64,000 nucleotides of DNA. Origin: Vulcanimicrobiota bacterium (GTDB lineage: Bacteria > Vulcanimicrobiota > Xenobia > Xenobiales > QWHO01). Where the stretch lies: positions 1,796-65,795 of the forward strand of contig JBDHVW010000036.1 of NCBI GenBank assembly GCA_039809865.1, in the 5' to 3' direction. Positions within the stretch are counted from its first letter, which is position 1; the number at the start of each line of letters is the position of its first letter. Shown here piece by piece: positions 55,309 to 64,000 of the stretch. The notes beneath the pieces are model-generated. The model did no database searches and was not told the DNA's origin. It worked only from the letters and a program-made list of their open reading frames with translations. A program made the translations under genes and the position numbers.

Positions 55309-55785
55309 ATGTTCAACATCGGCAGCGGCGAGATGCTCCTCCTGTTCGTGGTGGCCCTGATGATCTTCGGGCCCAACCGCCTGCCGGAGATCGGCAAGTC
55401 GGTGGGCGAGGCGATGGCCTCGTTCCGGCATGCCATGAAGACCCTCTCCGATCCCATCATGGCCGAGGTGCAGACCCAGGGCCGGGCCATCCGCGACGCG
55501 GCCCAACCGGTGCCCACGACCACCACGGCGACGGCCGCGCTGCCCGCCGCCCCGGCTCCCGAGGCGGCGCCCGCGGCCGAGGCGGCCCCGGTCGACCCGC
55601 CCGAGACCGTCACGGTCACCACGTCCGAGGTCGCCGCCCCGGTCGAGAACGCCTCCACCGCCGAAGCCCTGCTGGCCGCGGCCCAGGCCGCCGAGTCGGC
55701 CACCGAGCCCATCGAGGTGGGCGAGTCTCCTCAGGAAGAAGAGCACGTCCCCGTCCCGATGAGCGCTGCCGAACCGTCCGCTTGA
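55309..55785 (+). CDS. tatA: Twin-arginine translocase TatA/TatB family protein
   Basis: MFNIGSGEMLLLFVVALMIFGPNRLPEIGKSVGEAMASFR is the canonical TatA/E N-terminus; long Ala/Pro-rich C-terminal tail. Confidence 0.8.
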   Translation: MFNIGSGEMLLLFVVALMIFGPNRLPEIGKSVGEAMASFRHAMKTLSDPIMAEVQTQGRAIRDAAQPVPTTTTATAALPAAPAPEAAPAAEAAPVDPPETVTVTTSEVAAPVENASTAEALLAAAQAAESATEPIEVGESPQEEEHVPVPMSAAEPSA

Positions 55786-56201
55786 GCGCCCGTTTCACCG
55801 TCACCGAGCAGGTCCGTTGGTCCGACACCGATCGAGCCGGCATCATCTATTACGGACAGTTCCTGCGTTTCATCGAGGTGGCCGAGATGGAGATGTTCCG
55901 CGCCGTCGGCCTGCCCTACAGCGAGGTCTTCGACCGCCTCGACATCTGGCTGCCCCGCGTCAAGATCGACTTCAACTTCCGCCGCCCGCTGCTGCTGGAG
56001 GACAAAATCCAGGTGTCGGCCTTCGTCAAGGAGTTCGGCACCAAATCGCTCACCCTCGGCTTCGAGGTGCACCGCCAGAAGGAAAACGACCTGGTGGCCG
56101 ACGGCCAGGTCGTGCTGGCCTGCGTGACGCGGGGCGACTTCAAGGCCATCCCCATCCCGGACGAGATCCGCAAAGGCCTGGCGCCCTACTTACAGGCCTG
56201 A
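55782..56201 (+). CDS. Acyl-CoA thioesterase, YbgC/4HBT hotdog family
   Basis: VRWSDTDRAGIIYYGQFLRFIEVAE hotdog signature; TTG start as given in the track. Confidence 0.8.
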   Translation: MSARFTVTEQVRWSDTDRAGIIYYGQFLRFIEVAEMEMFRAVGLPYSEVFDRLDIWLPRVKIDFNFRRPLLLEDKIQVSAFVKEFGTKSLTLGFEVHRQKENDLVADGQVVLACVTRGDFKAIPIPDEIRKGLAPYLQA

Positions 56202-56217
56202 CCGCCAACCCGCCAGG

Positions 56218-57054
56218 CTAAAGCTCGATCTGCAACCCCTCGCGGGCCGCGAAAATCTGCGTTTCCGTGCGCTGCAAGCTGAGCACCAGCGCGTCCAACT
56301 CGCGGTCGGTGCGGGCCGGATCGTGGTGGTACAGAGCCACTCGCCGGGCCCCGGCGAGCCGCGCCAGCTCGACGGCGTCCTCGAAGGTTGAGTGCCCCCA
56401 GCCGCGCCGTCCGGCCTTCTCGCTGGGCAGATACTGCGCGTCGTGGATGAGCAGGTCGGCTCCCCGGGCCAGCTCGATCGCCTCCTCGCAGGAGGCCGGT
56501 CCTTTGGGATACTCGAGGTCGGACAGGTAGGCCAGCACCTTCCCGCCGTCCTCGACCCGGTAACCGGTGCAGAGATCGCTCTCGCCTCGCGGTAGCGAGC
56601 GCGCCATCAAGCGGGCCGAGCCCACCCGCACCGGCCCGTCGCCCAGTTCGCTGATCTCGACGTGGGCGCCCACGTCCTCGCGCAGAAAGAAGTTGGGCAC
56701 CGGGCAGTAGGCCGGCTCCATCTGGTGCAGGATGTTCTCTTGCAGGCTGTGCCCCTGACTGCCCCGGCCGTAGATGCAGACGCGATAGCCCGGCACGTAC
56801 ATCATGGGCGAGAAGGGGATGCCCTGGATGTGGTCCCAGTGGCAGTGCGTCAGGCAGAGCGAGACGGGGCTGGGCTTGGGGCCCTGCGAGAGCAGGTCGA
56901 GCGTGAGCCAGCGAAAGCCCATTCCGGCATCGAAGATCAGGTCGGAGCCGTCATTGAGGACCACGGCCACGCAGGGCGTGTTGCCGCCGTAGCGGGCGTA
57001 TTCTGGCTCGGGCGTGGTGATGGAGCCGCGGACGCCCCAGAAGGTTACTCGCAA
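56218..57054 (-). CDS. MBL-fold metallo-hydrolase (paralog A)
   Basis: HCHWDH metal-binding motif; MRVTFWGVRGS N-terminus. Confidence 0.75.
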   Translation of the reverse strand: MRVTFWGVRGSITTPEPEYARYGGNTPCVAVVLNDGSDLIFDAGMGFRWLTLDLLSQGPKPSPVSLCLTHCHWDHIQGIPFSPMMYVPGYRVCIYGRGSQGHSLQENILHQMEPAYCPVPNFFLREDVGAHVEISELGDGPVRVGSARLMARSLPRGESDLCTGYRVEDGGKVLAYLSDLEYPKGPASCEEAIELARGADLLIHDAQYLPSEKAGRRGWGHSTFEDAVELARLAGARRVALYHHDPARTDRELDALVLSLQRTETQIFAAREGLQIEL

Positions 57055-57956
57055 AGCGTGACCCCGCTGCCGTCCACGTCGTAGGAGTCGCCCTCGCGGG
57101 CCACCAGCAGGCGGAAATCCGCCCCCTCCAGGTTGCGCTGGTGTTTTTGCAGCAGCCCCGCCAGCTCCTCATCGGTGCGCTCGGGGTTGTGGTGGAACAT
57201 GAACAGGTTCTTGGCCCCCGCGTAGCGCGTCACCTCGATGCCGTCCTCGGCGGTGGAATGGCCCCAGTGCTTGCGCTGGGCATACCACTCGGGCGTGAAG
57301 AAGGTGTCGTAGATGACGAAGTCGGCCTGGTTGGCGAGCTTGAGCTGGTTCTCGTAAAGCTCGCGCAGCCAGTGGCTCTCGCGGCCGTCGGGCAGCCCCT
57401 CGGCCAGCAGCAGGTCGCGCGACGGCGCCACGTCGCTCACGTAGGCGATGACCCCGTCGTCGGCCTCGATCCGGAAGCCGCAGGTGATGCCGGGGTGGTT
57501 GAGCCGGTAGTTGTGGATGACGAACGGCCCGATCTCCAGCCGGTCGCCGTCGCCCAGGTCGTGGAATTTCAGGGGAGCGCGCAGCCGCTCGAAGGGTAGT
57601 GAGGTAAAGGGCTGCTCCTGCTGGCCGTTGAGCAGGCTCTTCATGTCACCGTCGGGACGGAACAGGCTGTAGACGTCGAGCTCGAAGTTCTCGCGGTTGG
57701 CGGGGCTGAAGTGAGGGAAGCCTTGAATGTGATCCCAGTGGGCGTGGCTCACCAGCAGCGTCAGCTTCTTGACGTGGCCGTTGGTGTGCTGCTCGAGCAA
57801 CTCCTGGCCGAGGCGGCGGATGCCCGTGCCCGAGTCGATGATCAGCTCGTGGCCCTGCGAGGAGATCTGGATGCAGGCAGTGTTGCCGCCGAAGGTGCGC
57901 ACGTGGGGACGCGCCACCGGACACGAGCCGCGGACTCCCCAGAACTTCAGTCTCAC
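57045..57956 (-). CDS. MBL-fold metallo-hydrolase (paralog B)
   Basis: HAHWDH motif; MRLKFWGVRGS N-terminus; tandem with paralog A, overlapping by 10 nt. Confidence 0.75.
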   Translation of the reverse strand: MRLKFWGVRGSCPVARPHVRTFGGNTACIQISSQGHELIIDSGTGIRRLGQELLEQHTNGHVKKLTLLVSHAHWDHIQGFPHFSPANRENFELDVYSLFRPDGDMKSLLNGQQEQPFTSLPFERLRAPLKFHDLGDGDRLEIGPFVIHNYRLNHPGITCGFRIEADDGVIAYVSDVAPSRDLLLAEGLPDGRESHWLRELYENQLKLANQADFVIYDTFFTPEWYAQRKHWGHSTAEDGIEVTRYAGAKNLFMFHHNPERTDEELAGLLQKHQRNLEGADFRLLVAREGDSYDVDGSGVTLCE

Positions 57957-58166
57957 TGGAAACGAACATGCCGACCGGAGTCGGCCAGGACCCCGATCGA
58001 GCCGAATGTTCTGACATCAGCCGGTTGCATCGTGCAACAGAAATCGTTCGCCCCCGACTTGAAAGAACTCCTCCTTTAGGGGTCCTTTATGCTCAAGCGC
58101 AGCGCTTCAGCATGGACAATCATGGCGTACGCGCGTTCTTTGACTGCGACGCCCGAGGCGCCGCAG

Positions 58167-58889
58167 TTAGAAGGGCAGCTTCCTGGCGGGGGCGTCGTCG
58201 TGCGGGAGATATTTGGCGGCCAGCACGCCCCCGGCGAAGCCGAAGAGGTGCGCCTGCCACGAGACGCCGGGCACTCCCGGGAGCATCCCCGTGAGGCTGC
58301 CGGCAAAAAGGGCAATGCTGGCGGCCGCCATGGCGAGCGACACGGGCTTGCGGTCGAAGAACCCGCGCGTCATCGCGTAGCCCATATAGCCGTAGACCAC
58401 GCCGCTGGCTCCCACCACCGGGGCAGGGCTGGTGAGCCAGACCCCCAGGCCGCTGGCCAGCGCGCTGAGCGCGGTCACTTCAGCAAACTTCTTGGGGCTT
58501 TGCAGGGCGATCATGCCGCCCACCATGCCGATCCCGATGGCGTTGTTCACGAAATGGCTCATGTTGGCGTGCAACAGAGGCGCGGTCACGATCTCGCCCA
58601 GACCTTCGAGCGTGCGCGGATGCAGCGCAAAGGCGTTCAGGCTGTGGCCCATGGCGCTGTTGACCACCTCGATCGCGCCCAGTGTGCCGATCATACCCAC
58701 CGGGCCGCTGAGACGCCCGGCGAAACTGGTGCCGCTCGCCAGGCCGGTCTTAGCCAGACCGGGACCGAGCGAGGCCAGGGCCTGGATATCGGCCTGGTCC
58801 TGTGGCTCCTCGAGGGCCGACGTTTCTTTCGGGCGCGCCGCCGCGTGAGGCGAGTTGAGACGCGGCGGCTGGAACGGTGTGATCACCAT
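58167..58889 (-). CDS. Rhomboid-family intramembrane serine protease
   Basis: GASGVVYG (GxSG) and a later His in a TM segment (AHLFGFAGG); multiple TM helices. Confidence 0.8.
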   Translation of the reverse strand: MVITPFQPPRLNSPHAAARPKETSALEEPQDQADIQALASLGPGLAKTGLASGTSFAGRLSGPVGMIGTLGAIEVVNSAMGHSLNAFALHPRTLEGLGEIVTAPLLHANMSHFVNNAIGIGMVGGMIALQSPKKFAEVTALSALASGLGVWLTSPAPVVGASGVVYGYMGYAMTRGFFDRKPVSLAMAAASIALFAGSLTGMLPGVPGVSWQAHLFGFAGGVLAAKYLPHDDAPARKLPF

Positions 58890-58926
58890 AGCGCTCCCAG
58901 GCTAACAGCGGGCCCGGAAAAAAAGC

Positions 58927-60930
58927 TTATTTCTTGGCCGGGGCCGCCTTCCACGTCAGGGTAATCGTTCGCTCGCCACTGGTGGCTGTCTGCGAGCCGG
59001 CCAGCACGTTCAGGTTGCCGTCCAGGGGCAGGTCGATGGGCATGTTGGGGCCCGCGGGGAAGAGCAGCGGAGTGGCGAGCAGGGCAGGCTCCTGGGTGGT
59101 GCCGCCCTGCTCGTCGGTGGCCGTGATGCCCTGGTTGAAGCCACCCGACATGAAGAGCCGCAGGCTCGAGCTGCCCGGACCGAGGGCCATGATCGTGTAG
59201 CACTGGCCATCCGCGCCCGGGGTGAAATCGGTCACGAACAGCAGCGAGCCGGTCACGCTGGTGCTCCAGGTGGTCGTGCTCATGCCATTGACCAGCGTGC
59301 CTCCCGCGCTCAGGAACGCGGTCGAGGAGGCTTGCGCCGTGGGGCTGCCCAAAAGGCCCGGGGCCAACTCGGGCGCGAAAACCTTCAAAACGATATCATA
59401 GCTGTAATGCAGGCTGCCGGAGAGGGTCTCCGTGAAATTCATCTCGATGGACCACGCCACGCCCGGGCCCGCATCTACGTGCACGACCTTCAGGTTGCTT
59501 GGATGGTCCAGCGCCGTGACCCTGACCTTACTCCCGTCGGTCACATCCTGGCCGGAGCAGGTGATCGTCCCGCTGCTCCAACTGGTGACCGTCAATTCGG
59601 TGCCGTTCTCCAGCGTGACCTTGCGGTTCCCTTCCCCCGGGTCATCGCCAAAGTTGCCTGTCAGCGTCAGCACCGAGCTGGCCGCCTCGGCCGTCTCGAT
59701 CCAGGGGGTCAAGAGTCCTGTCCCCTGGACCGCGAGCGTAGAAATGATGGTGTTCCGTCCGTGGGCAGCCACGATCTGCGACGTGCCGAGCTGATAGGGG
59801 TGTCTGGCCGAGTCGGTCCCGGCCGGAAGCTTGTCCCGGCCGGTTTGGCTCAAAAAGCTGAGGACGCTCTGAAAGTCATTGGCGGGCGGGTCCTCGGGGT
59901 CGTAGAGACCGAGGGTGCCGGCCGACAGCGCCACGTCGAAAAAGGCTTCGGTGGTTGGGAAGGCGTCCTGGCACGAAATCTCGTCGCCACCTTTCCACCC
60001 CACGTAGGTGCCCGGATTGAGGCTCTCGCGCAGCTTCGGATCGTTGGCGCTGCCGCAGGCCATCATCATCACCAGGGAGCGCTCATTCATGGCGACGTAC
60101 TTGCTCAGCCATCCGGAGGTGATGGCGTAAGTCGGCGTGAGCTGCACCAGGTGCTCCACGCTGAGGCCCGGGACCCTGCCCTTGAGAACCTGGCCCACCA
60201 CGGTGTCTCCCCGCAGGAGGATCTTGGCCTTCACGTCCGGGTCCGAGCCGTTCTCGACCGTCGGATCGTTCGTGAACGGGATCGTCAGCAACAGATTGGA
60301 GGCGTTGCCGGCCGAGTGCCCGCACCACACCAGCACGTCGACCGAGGAGAACGATTTGCGGAAGGCGTCGTAGCTCGCGAAGCTGGGTCCATTCAAGGTA
60401 TAGCCTTTGGACGTCAGCATATTGGCGATCCGCCCCAGCGTGTCGCTGGCACCGTTGCGCAGGTCGCCCAGGGTCACGTTGGCGATGTTGTCAGCAAAAG
60501 CGTTCACGAGGAAGCAACGCTTCCCGTCCACGAACTGCGCCGGCTGCCCTTCGTCCTGGAGAGGCTGGAGCGCCTCGCGCGCTTTGAACAGGTTGTCGTC
60601 CGGCTCGGGCCCGTCGAAGTAGGCCAGGTTGTTCATCACGTAGTAGAGCTCGCCGTCGGGGAACTCCGCCAGGATGAGCCCTGGCAGCACCTGCACCTGG
60701 CTGAAGATCGCCTGGCCGCGCATGTAAGCCGCCAGCGCCTCGTTGTCATCCGAGGGGCTCTCGTGCGCAAGCGTGTCGAAGGTCGCTCGCACCGCCTCGC
60801 GGGCCGCTAACTTCTGGGCTTCCAGGTCCGAGCCGGGGGAGAGCGGCGGCCCCAGCGAAACGACCTCCGCGCCCCCGCAGCCCCAGAATAGAGTCGCGAG
60901 CACCAAAATCAGGCTGAACCAGGCACGCAT
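58927..60930 (-). CDS. Secreted lipoprotein with a caspase-like (C11/C25-type) Cys-His peptidase-like domain and C-terminal beta-sandwich region (about 667 aa)
   Basis: Likely start MRAWFSLILVLATLFWGCGG (lipobox); His in VLVWCGHSAGNA and Cys in MMMACGSAND spaced as in clostripain/gingipain/CHAT dyads; Ser/Thr-rich beta-strand C-terminus. Confidence 0.5.
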   Translation of the reverse strand: MRAWFSLILVLATLFWGCGGAEVVSLGPPLSPGSDLEAQKLAAREAVRATFDTLAHESPSDDNEALAAYMRGQAIFSQVQVLPGLILAEFPDGELYYVMNNLAYFDGPEPDDNLFKAREALQPLQDEGQPAQFVDGKRCFLVNAFADNIANVTLGDLRNGASDTLGRIANMLTSKGYTLNGPSFASYDAFRKSFSSVDVLVWCGHSAGNASNLLLTIPFTNDPTVENGSDPDVKAKILLRGDTVVGQVLKGRVPGLSVEHLVQLTPTYAITSGWLSKYVAMNERSLVMMMACGSANDPKLRESLNPGTYVGWKGGDEISCQDAFPTTEAFFDVALSAGTLGLYDPEDPPANDFQSVLSFLSQTGRDKLPAGTDSARHPYQLGTSQIVAAHGRNTIISTLAVQGTGLLTPWIETAEAASSVLTLTGNFGDDPGEGNRKVTLENGTELTVTSWSSGTITCSGQDVTDGSKVRVTALDHPSNLKVVHVDAGPGVAWSIEMNFTETLSGSLHYSYDIVLKVFAPELAPGLLGSPTAQASSTAFLSAGGTLVNGMSTTTWSTSVTGSLLFVTDFTPGADGQCYTIMALGPGSSSLRLFMSGGFNQGITATDEQGGTTQEPALLATPLLFPAGPNMPIDLPLDGNLNVLAGSQTATSGERTITLTWKAAPAKK

Positions 60931-60956
60931 CCGCACCAAACCCCCACGATTCGAAA

Positions 60957-62630
60957 TTAAGCGACCACTTCCGCCCGGTAGAATGCCCGGCCGCTCGAGG
61001 TCACGCGCACCTCGACCTGCTTGCCGAGCTTGTCGCCGCCCGAGACCACCTCGATGAGATTGCCATCGATGACGGCCAGCGCGCTCTGGAGGTTGGACCC
61101 GAAGTTGTCCTCCAGCCGCACCTGGGCTTTGCGGCCCTGGGTGAGGGGGTGGATCTTCGTCTTCAGGTCGTCGGAGCGGCCCGAGGTGATGTCGAAGTGC
61201 TCCAAGTGGAAGTCGCGGTCCACGCGCACGTAAACGGTCTTGCCGGTGTCGCGCTCGAGGCCCTCGACCTCCTCGCCGTCGGGGCCCACCAGCACCACGC
61301 CCACGCGCGGATTGACGGTAACCAGCATGGCCTCGTTGCGCGAGGACTGCGCCTGGCGCAGCAACTCGCGGCGCGCGCGCAGGGCGACCGTCTCCACGGA
61401 CAGCACGCGGCCTCGGCCCGAGCAGTAGCTGCACGTCTCGCGCAGCACCGAGTCGAGATCCTTGCCCTCACGCTTGCGCGTCAGCTGCACCAGGCCGAGC
61501 TCCGTCATGCCCACCAGGTGGGTGCGGGTGCGGTCCTTCTTGAGCTCCTCGGTCAGCGCCTCGAGCACCTTGCGGCGGTCGGAGGAGGCGTCCATGTCGA
61601 TGAAGTCGACGATGATGATGCCGCCCATGTCGCGCAGCCGGAGCTGCCGGCAGATCTCGCGGCAGGCCTCCATGTTGGTCTTGAAGATGGTGTCCGCCAG
61701 GCTGGTCTTGCCGGTGAACTTACCCGTGTTGACGTCGATGACCCAGAGGGCCTCGGTGCGCTCCACGATGAGGTAGCCGCCCGAGTCGAGCCAGACCTTG
61801 CGCTTGAGCGCTTTGTCGATCTCGCTCTCGATGGGGTGGAACTCGAACAGCGGGCGCGTGTCGGTGTAGAGGTGCACGCGGCTCAACAGGTTGGGAGCCG
61901 TCAGCTCGAGCTTCTCGCGGATCTTGGCGAAATGCGAGGGGTTGTCGATGATCAGGCGATGCACGTCGCTGGTGAAGACGTCGCGCAGGATCTTGTCCAC
62001 CAGCGCCAGCTCCTGGTGCACCAGCGCGGGGGCGCGGCGGCGGCGGGCGACGCCCTGGACCTTGTTCCAGGTGCGCACCAGGAAGTCCACGTCGCGCTGA
62101 AGCTCGTCGTCGGTGCGGCCGGAGGCGGCCGTGCGCACGATCAGGCCCATCCCCTCGGGGCGCAGCTTGTCGGCCAGCTGCCGCAGGCGGTTGCGCTCGG
62201 CCTCGCTCTCGACGCGGCGCGAGATGCCGATGTACTGGGCGCTCGGGATGAGCACCACGTAGCGGCCCGGCAGCGTCACGTAAGTGGTGACGCGGGCCCC
62301 CTTGGTGCCCACGGCCTCCTTGACCACCTGCACCAGCGTCTCCTGATTGACTTTCAGGATGTCGTTGATGGACAGGTTCTTCATGCTTTCGTCGGCCTCG
62401 TCGCCCAGATGGGCCACGGCGTCGTCGGCGCACAGGAACGCGTTGCGCTCCACACCGATGTCTACGAAGGCGGCGTTCATGCCGGGCAGAACGTTGGCCA
62501 CGCGGGCTTTGTAGATGCTGCCCACCTGCCGCTCCTCGCGAGCTATCAGGATTTCTGCGACCTGACCGTCTTCCAGGACCGCTCCGCGGCCCTCCCGCTC
62601 GTCGATACTGATGAGAATCTCTCTGTACAT
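60957..62630 (-). CDS. rng: Ribonuclease G/E family endoribonuclease
   Basis: S1 domain N-terminus (SIYKARVANVLPGMNAAFVDIG); DNase I-like catalytic region (DVNTGKF, IIIVDFIDM); zinc-link CSYCSGRG. Confidence 0.85.
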   Translation of the reverse strand: MYREILISIDEREGRGAVLEDGQVAEILIAREERQVGSIYKARVANVLPGMNAAFVDIGVERNAFLCADDAVAHLGDEADESMKNLSINDILKVNQETLVQVVKEAVGTKGARVTTYVTLPGRYVVLIPSAQYIGISRRVESEAERNRLRQLADKLRPEGMGLIVRTAASGRTDDELQRDVDFLVRTWNKVQGVARRRRAPALVHQELALVDKILRDVFTSDVHRLIIDNPSHFAKIREKLELTAPNLLSRVHLYTDTRPLFEFHPIESEIDKALKRKVWLDSGGYLIVERTEALWVIDVNTGKFTGKTSLADTIFKTNMEACREICRQLRLRDMGGIIIVDFIDMDASSDRRKVLEALTEELKKDRTRTHLVGMTELGLVQLTRKREGKDLDSVLRETCSYCSGRGRVLSVETVALRARRELLRQAQSSRNEAMLVTVNPRVGVVLVGPDGEEVEGLERDTGKTVYVRVDRDFHLEHFDITSGRSDDLKTKIHPLTQGRKAQVRLEDNFGSNLQSALAVIDGNLIEVVSGGDKLGKQVEVRVTSSGRAFYRAEVVA

Positions 62631-62725
62631 GGGATCTTTCTATCTATGAAACTTTGGCGGGGAGCATTATAACGAAAACCGGGTTGGGAAGGAAGGGGGT
62701 AGGCCCCCGGTGCATCCTCAGGGCG

Positions 62726-63607
62726 ATGCGGTGGCTCATTTCGTGCGCGATTTTCCTCACGGCCTGCTCGGCGCCCCCGCCTCCGACCCCGACGGCGAGT
62801 AAGACCCCGACCCCGGTGGCGAGCCCGACGGTGGACCACCTCACTTCACAGGTCCTGCAGGTCGGTTACGTCCTCGAGGTGCCACAGGGCGCGAGGCGTG
62901 CCGCGGTGCTCTTTCAGGCCGTGGGCAGCGATGAGATCCTGTTCGAAGGCTCGACCGAGCCCTTCGAGGCCGCCAGCCTGGTCAAGCTCCCCATTCTGGC
63001 CGAGCTCTACCGCCGCGCCGAGGCCGGAGAGCTGAAGCTCAGCGACAAGATGGTCTTCGAGGAGCGCTTCCGCGTGGGCGGCTCCGGCGACCTCCAGAAG
63101 GAGCCCGCAGGCAAGTCCTACACGCTCGAGGAGCTGGGCACGCTCATGATCACCGTCAGCGACAACGTGGCCACCGACATGCTGCTGGAAAAGCTCGGAA
63201 TGGCCGCGGTCGAAATCGAGGCCCACAACCTCGGCATGAAAGACACCACGGTGCGCCGCACCATCTACGACTTCGCCGCCATCGACCAGGGCCGCGACAA
63301 CGTCGTCAGCGCGCGCGACATGGCGGCTTTCTTCAGTCTGCTCGACAAGCTCCCGGGCGGCCCTCAAATGCGCAAGATCCTCACCGAGCAGAAGCGCAAC
63401 GAGATGATCCCCGCCGGGCTGCCGAAGGGCACGAAGGTGGCCCACAAGTCCGGCGAGCTGACGGGGATTCTGCACGACTGCGGCATCGTATCCACGCCTC
63501 ACGGCGATTATATTTTGGTGCTGATGGGGGAGTGGGACGACCGGGAACAAGGGGTGGCGGCCTGGAAGAAGCTCTCAGCCGACGTCTACAAAGCGTTCAA
63601 CCGTTGA
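62726..63607 (+). CDS. Class A beta-lactamase-like serine hydrolase (lipoprotein)
   Basis: Lipobox FLTACS; SxxK (ASLVK), SDN (VSDNVATD), KSG (HKSGEL) motifs; the start within track ORF 62654..63607 is chosen at the Met before the signal peptide. Confidence 0.75.
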   Translation: MRWLISCAIFLTACSAPPPPTPTASKTPTPVASPTVDHLTSQVLQVGYVLEVPQGARRAAVLFQAVGSDEILFEGSTEPFEAASLVKLPILAELYRRAEAGELKLSDKMVFEERFRVGGSGDLQKEPAGKSYTLEELGTLMITVSDNVATDMLLEKLGMAAVEIEAHNLGMKDTTVRRTIYDFAAIDQGRDNVVSARDMAAFFSLLDKLPGGPQMRKILTEQKRNEMIPAGLPKGTKVAHKSGELTGILHDCGIVSTPHGDYILVLMGEWDDREQGVAAWKKLSADVYKAFNR

Positions 63608-63648
63608 CACGGGTGGACGCGATACCTATACTCGTTCGGTTATAGCTT

Positions 63649-64000
63649 ATGTTCGAATCACTCAGCGATAAAATCAGCAGTGCGTTCAAGAGGCTCCGCA
63701 ACCGCGGCAAGCTGACCGAACAAGACGTCATGGACACCCTGCGCGAGGTGCGCGTGGCCCTGCTCGAGGCCGACGTCAGCCTGCCCGTGGTGAAAGAGTT
63801 CGTCGCCAAGATCAAGGCCAAGGCCGTGGGCGAGGAGCTGTGGAAGCAACTGACCGCCGGCCAGCTGGTCGTGAAGCACGTCCGCGACGGACTGGTCGAG
63901 CTGCTGGGGGGCGAGGCCGCCGGCCTCAACATGGCCACCACCCCGCCCACCACCATCCTGATGATGGGCCTGCACGGTGCCGGTAAGACGACCACCACCG
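63649..64000 (+). CDS. ffh: Signal recognition particle protein Ffh, N-terminal part (runs off the window end)
   Basis: MFESLSDKISSAFKRLRNRGKLTEQDVMDTLREVRVALLEADV...GLHGAGKTTT is the canonical Ffh N domain plus the start of the G domain. Confidence 0.9.
   Translation, partial: MFESLSDKISSAFKRLRNRGKLTEQDVMDTLREVRVALLEADVSLPVVKEFVAKIKAKAVGEELWKQLTAGQLVVKHVRDGLVELLGGEAAGLNMATTPPTTILMMGLHGAGKTTTT

Noticed and set aside
1-64000. CRISPR arrays, rRNA, transposases/IS elements, integrases
   Set aside because: I saw no direct-repeat/spacer periodicity, no rRNA-like conserved stretches and no DDE transposase or tyrosine recombinase motifs among the ORFs. The only repeated DNA found is the two-copy REP-like element.

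Overview
This 64 kb window is a high-GC (about 70%), gene-dense bacterial chromosomal segment. I found no rRNA, tRNA or CRISPR array. Many long Arg/Gly/Pro-rich ORFs in the six-frame track are opposite-strand shadows of real genes; I excluded them using third-position GC bias and recognisable protein motifs. My hand-derived coordinates may be off by 1-2 nt. Main content in order: (i) a minus-strand pseudopilin operon (1317-5682) whose largest member fuses a prepilin-type N-terminus to a TolB/PD40-like beta-propeller; (ii) a VapC/Phd-like toxin-antitoxin pair; (iii) an accessory block of about 8.5 kb bracketed by two copies of a roughly 90 bp REP-like palindromic element (7956-8047 and 16581-16672), containing a secreted TPR-CHAT protease, a membrane ankyrin protein, two large hypotheticals, a HEAT-repeat protein and a 527 aa protein with a candidate nucleotidyltransferase motif and a long glycine-zipper tail, plus a gene remnant next to one repeat; (iv) an MMPL/RND exporter, a zinc-ribbon/class III cyclase/STAND ATPase/TPR signalling protein, a LysM L,D-transpeptidase and a multi-PAS hybrid histidine kinase with a periplasmic solute-binding domain; (v) an ORF interrupted by an in-frame TGA with a hairpin 11 nt downstream; (vi) a six-gene minus-strand operon (PrpF-like isomerase, AsnB-like amidotransferase, amidohydrolase, FAD monooxygenase, small membrane protein, GldA-like Fe-ADH) with an upstream bicupin and a convergent MFS transporter, which looks like a small-molecule tailoring or catabolic cluster; (vii) an HlyD/FtsX/ABC tripartite exporter convergent with a two-HKD PLD-family protein and its upstream lipoprotein; (viii) a MerR regulator next to two tandem paralogous small secreted proteins; (ix) three adjacent histidine kinases, two joined by a GTGA overlap; (x) housekeeping and envelope genes: a lipoprotein Zn-metalloprotease, an ECF sigma factor, serA, tatA, a hotdog thioesterase, tandem MBL-fold paralogs, rhomboid, a caspase-like lipoprotein, rng, a class A beta-lactamase-like lipoprotein and the start of ffh. 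The best candidates for an undescribed system are the REP-bracketed cassette (CHAT protease plus the NTase-like/glycine-zipper protein with a HEAT partner), the PD40-fused pseudopilin, and the PLD-plus-lipoprotein module.
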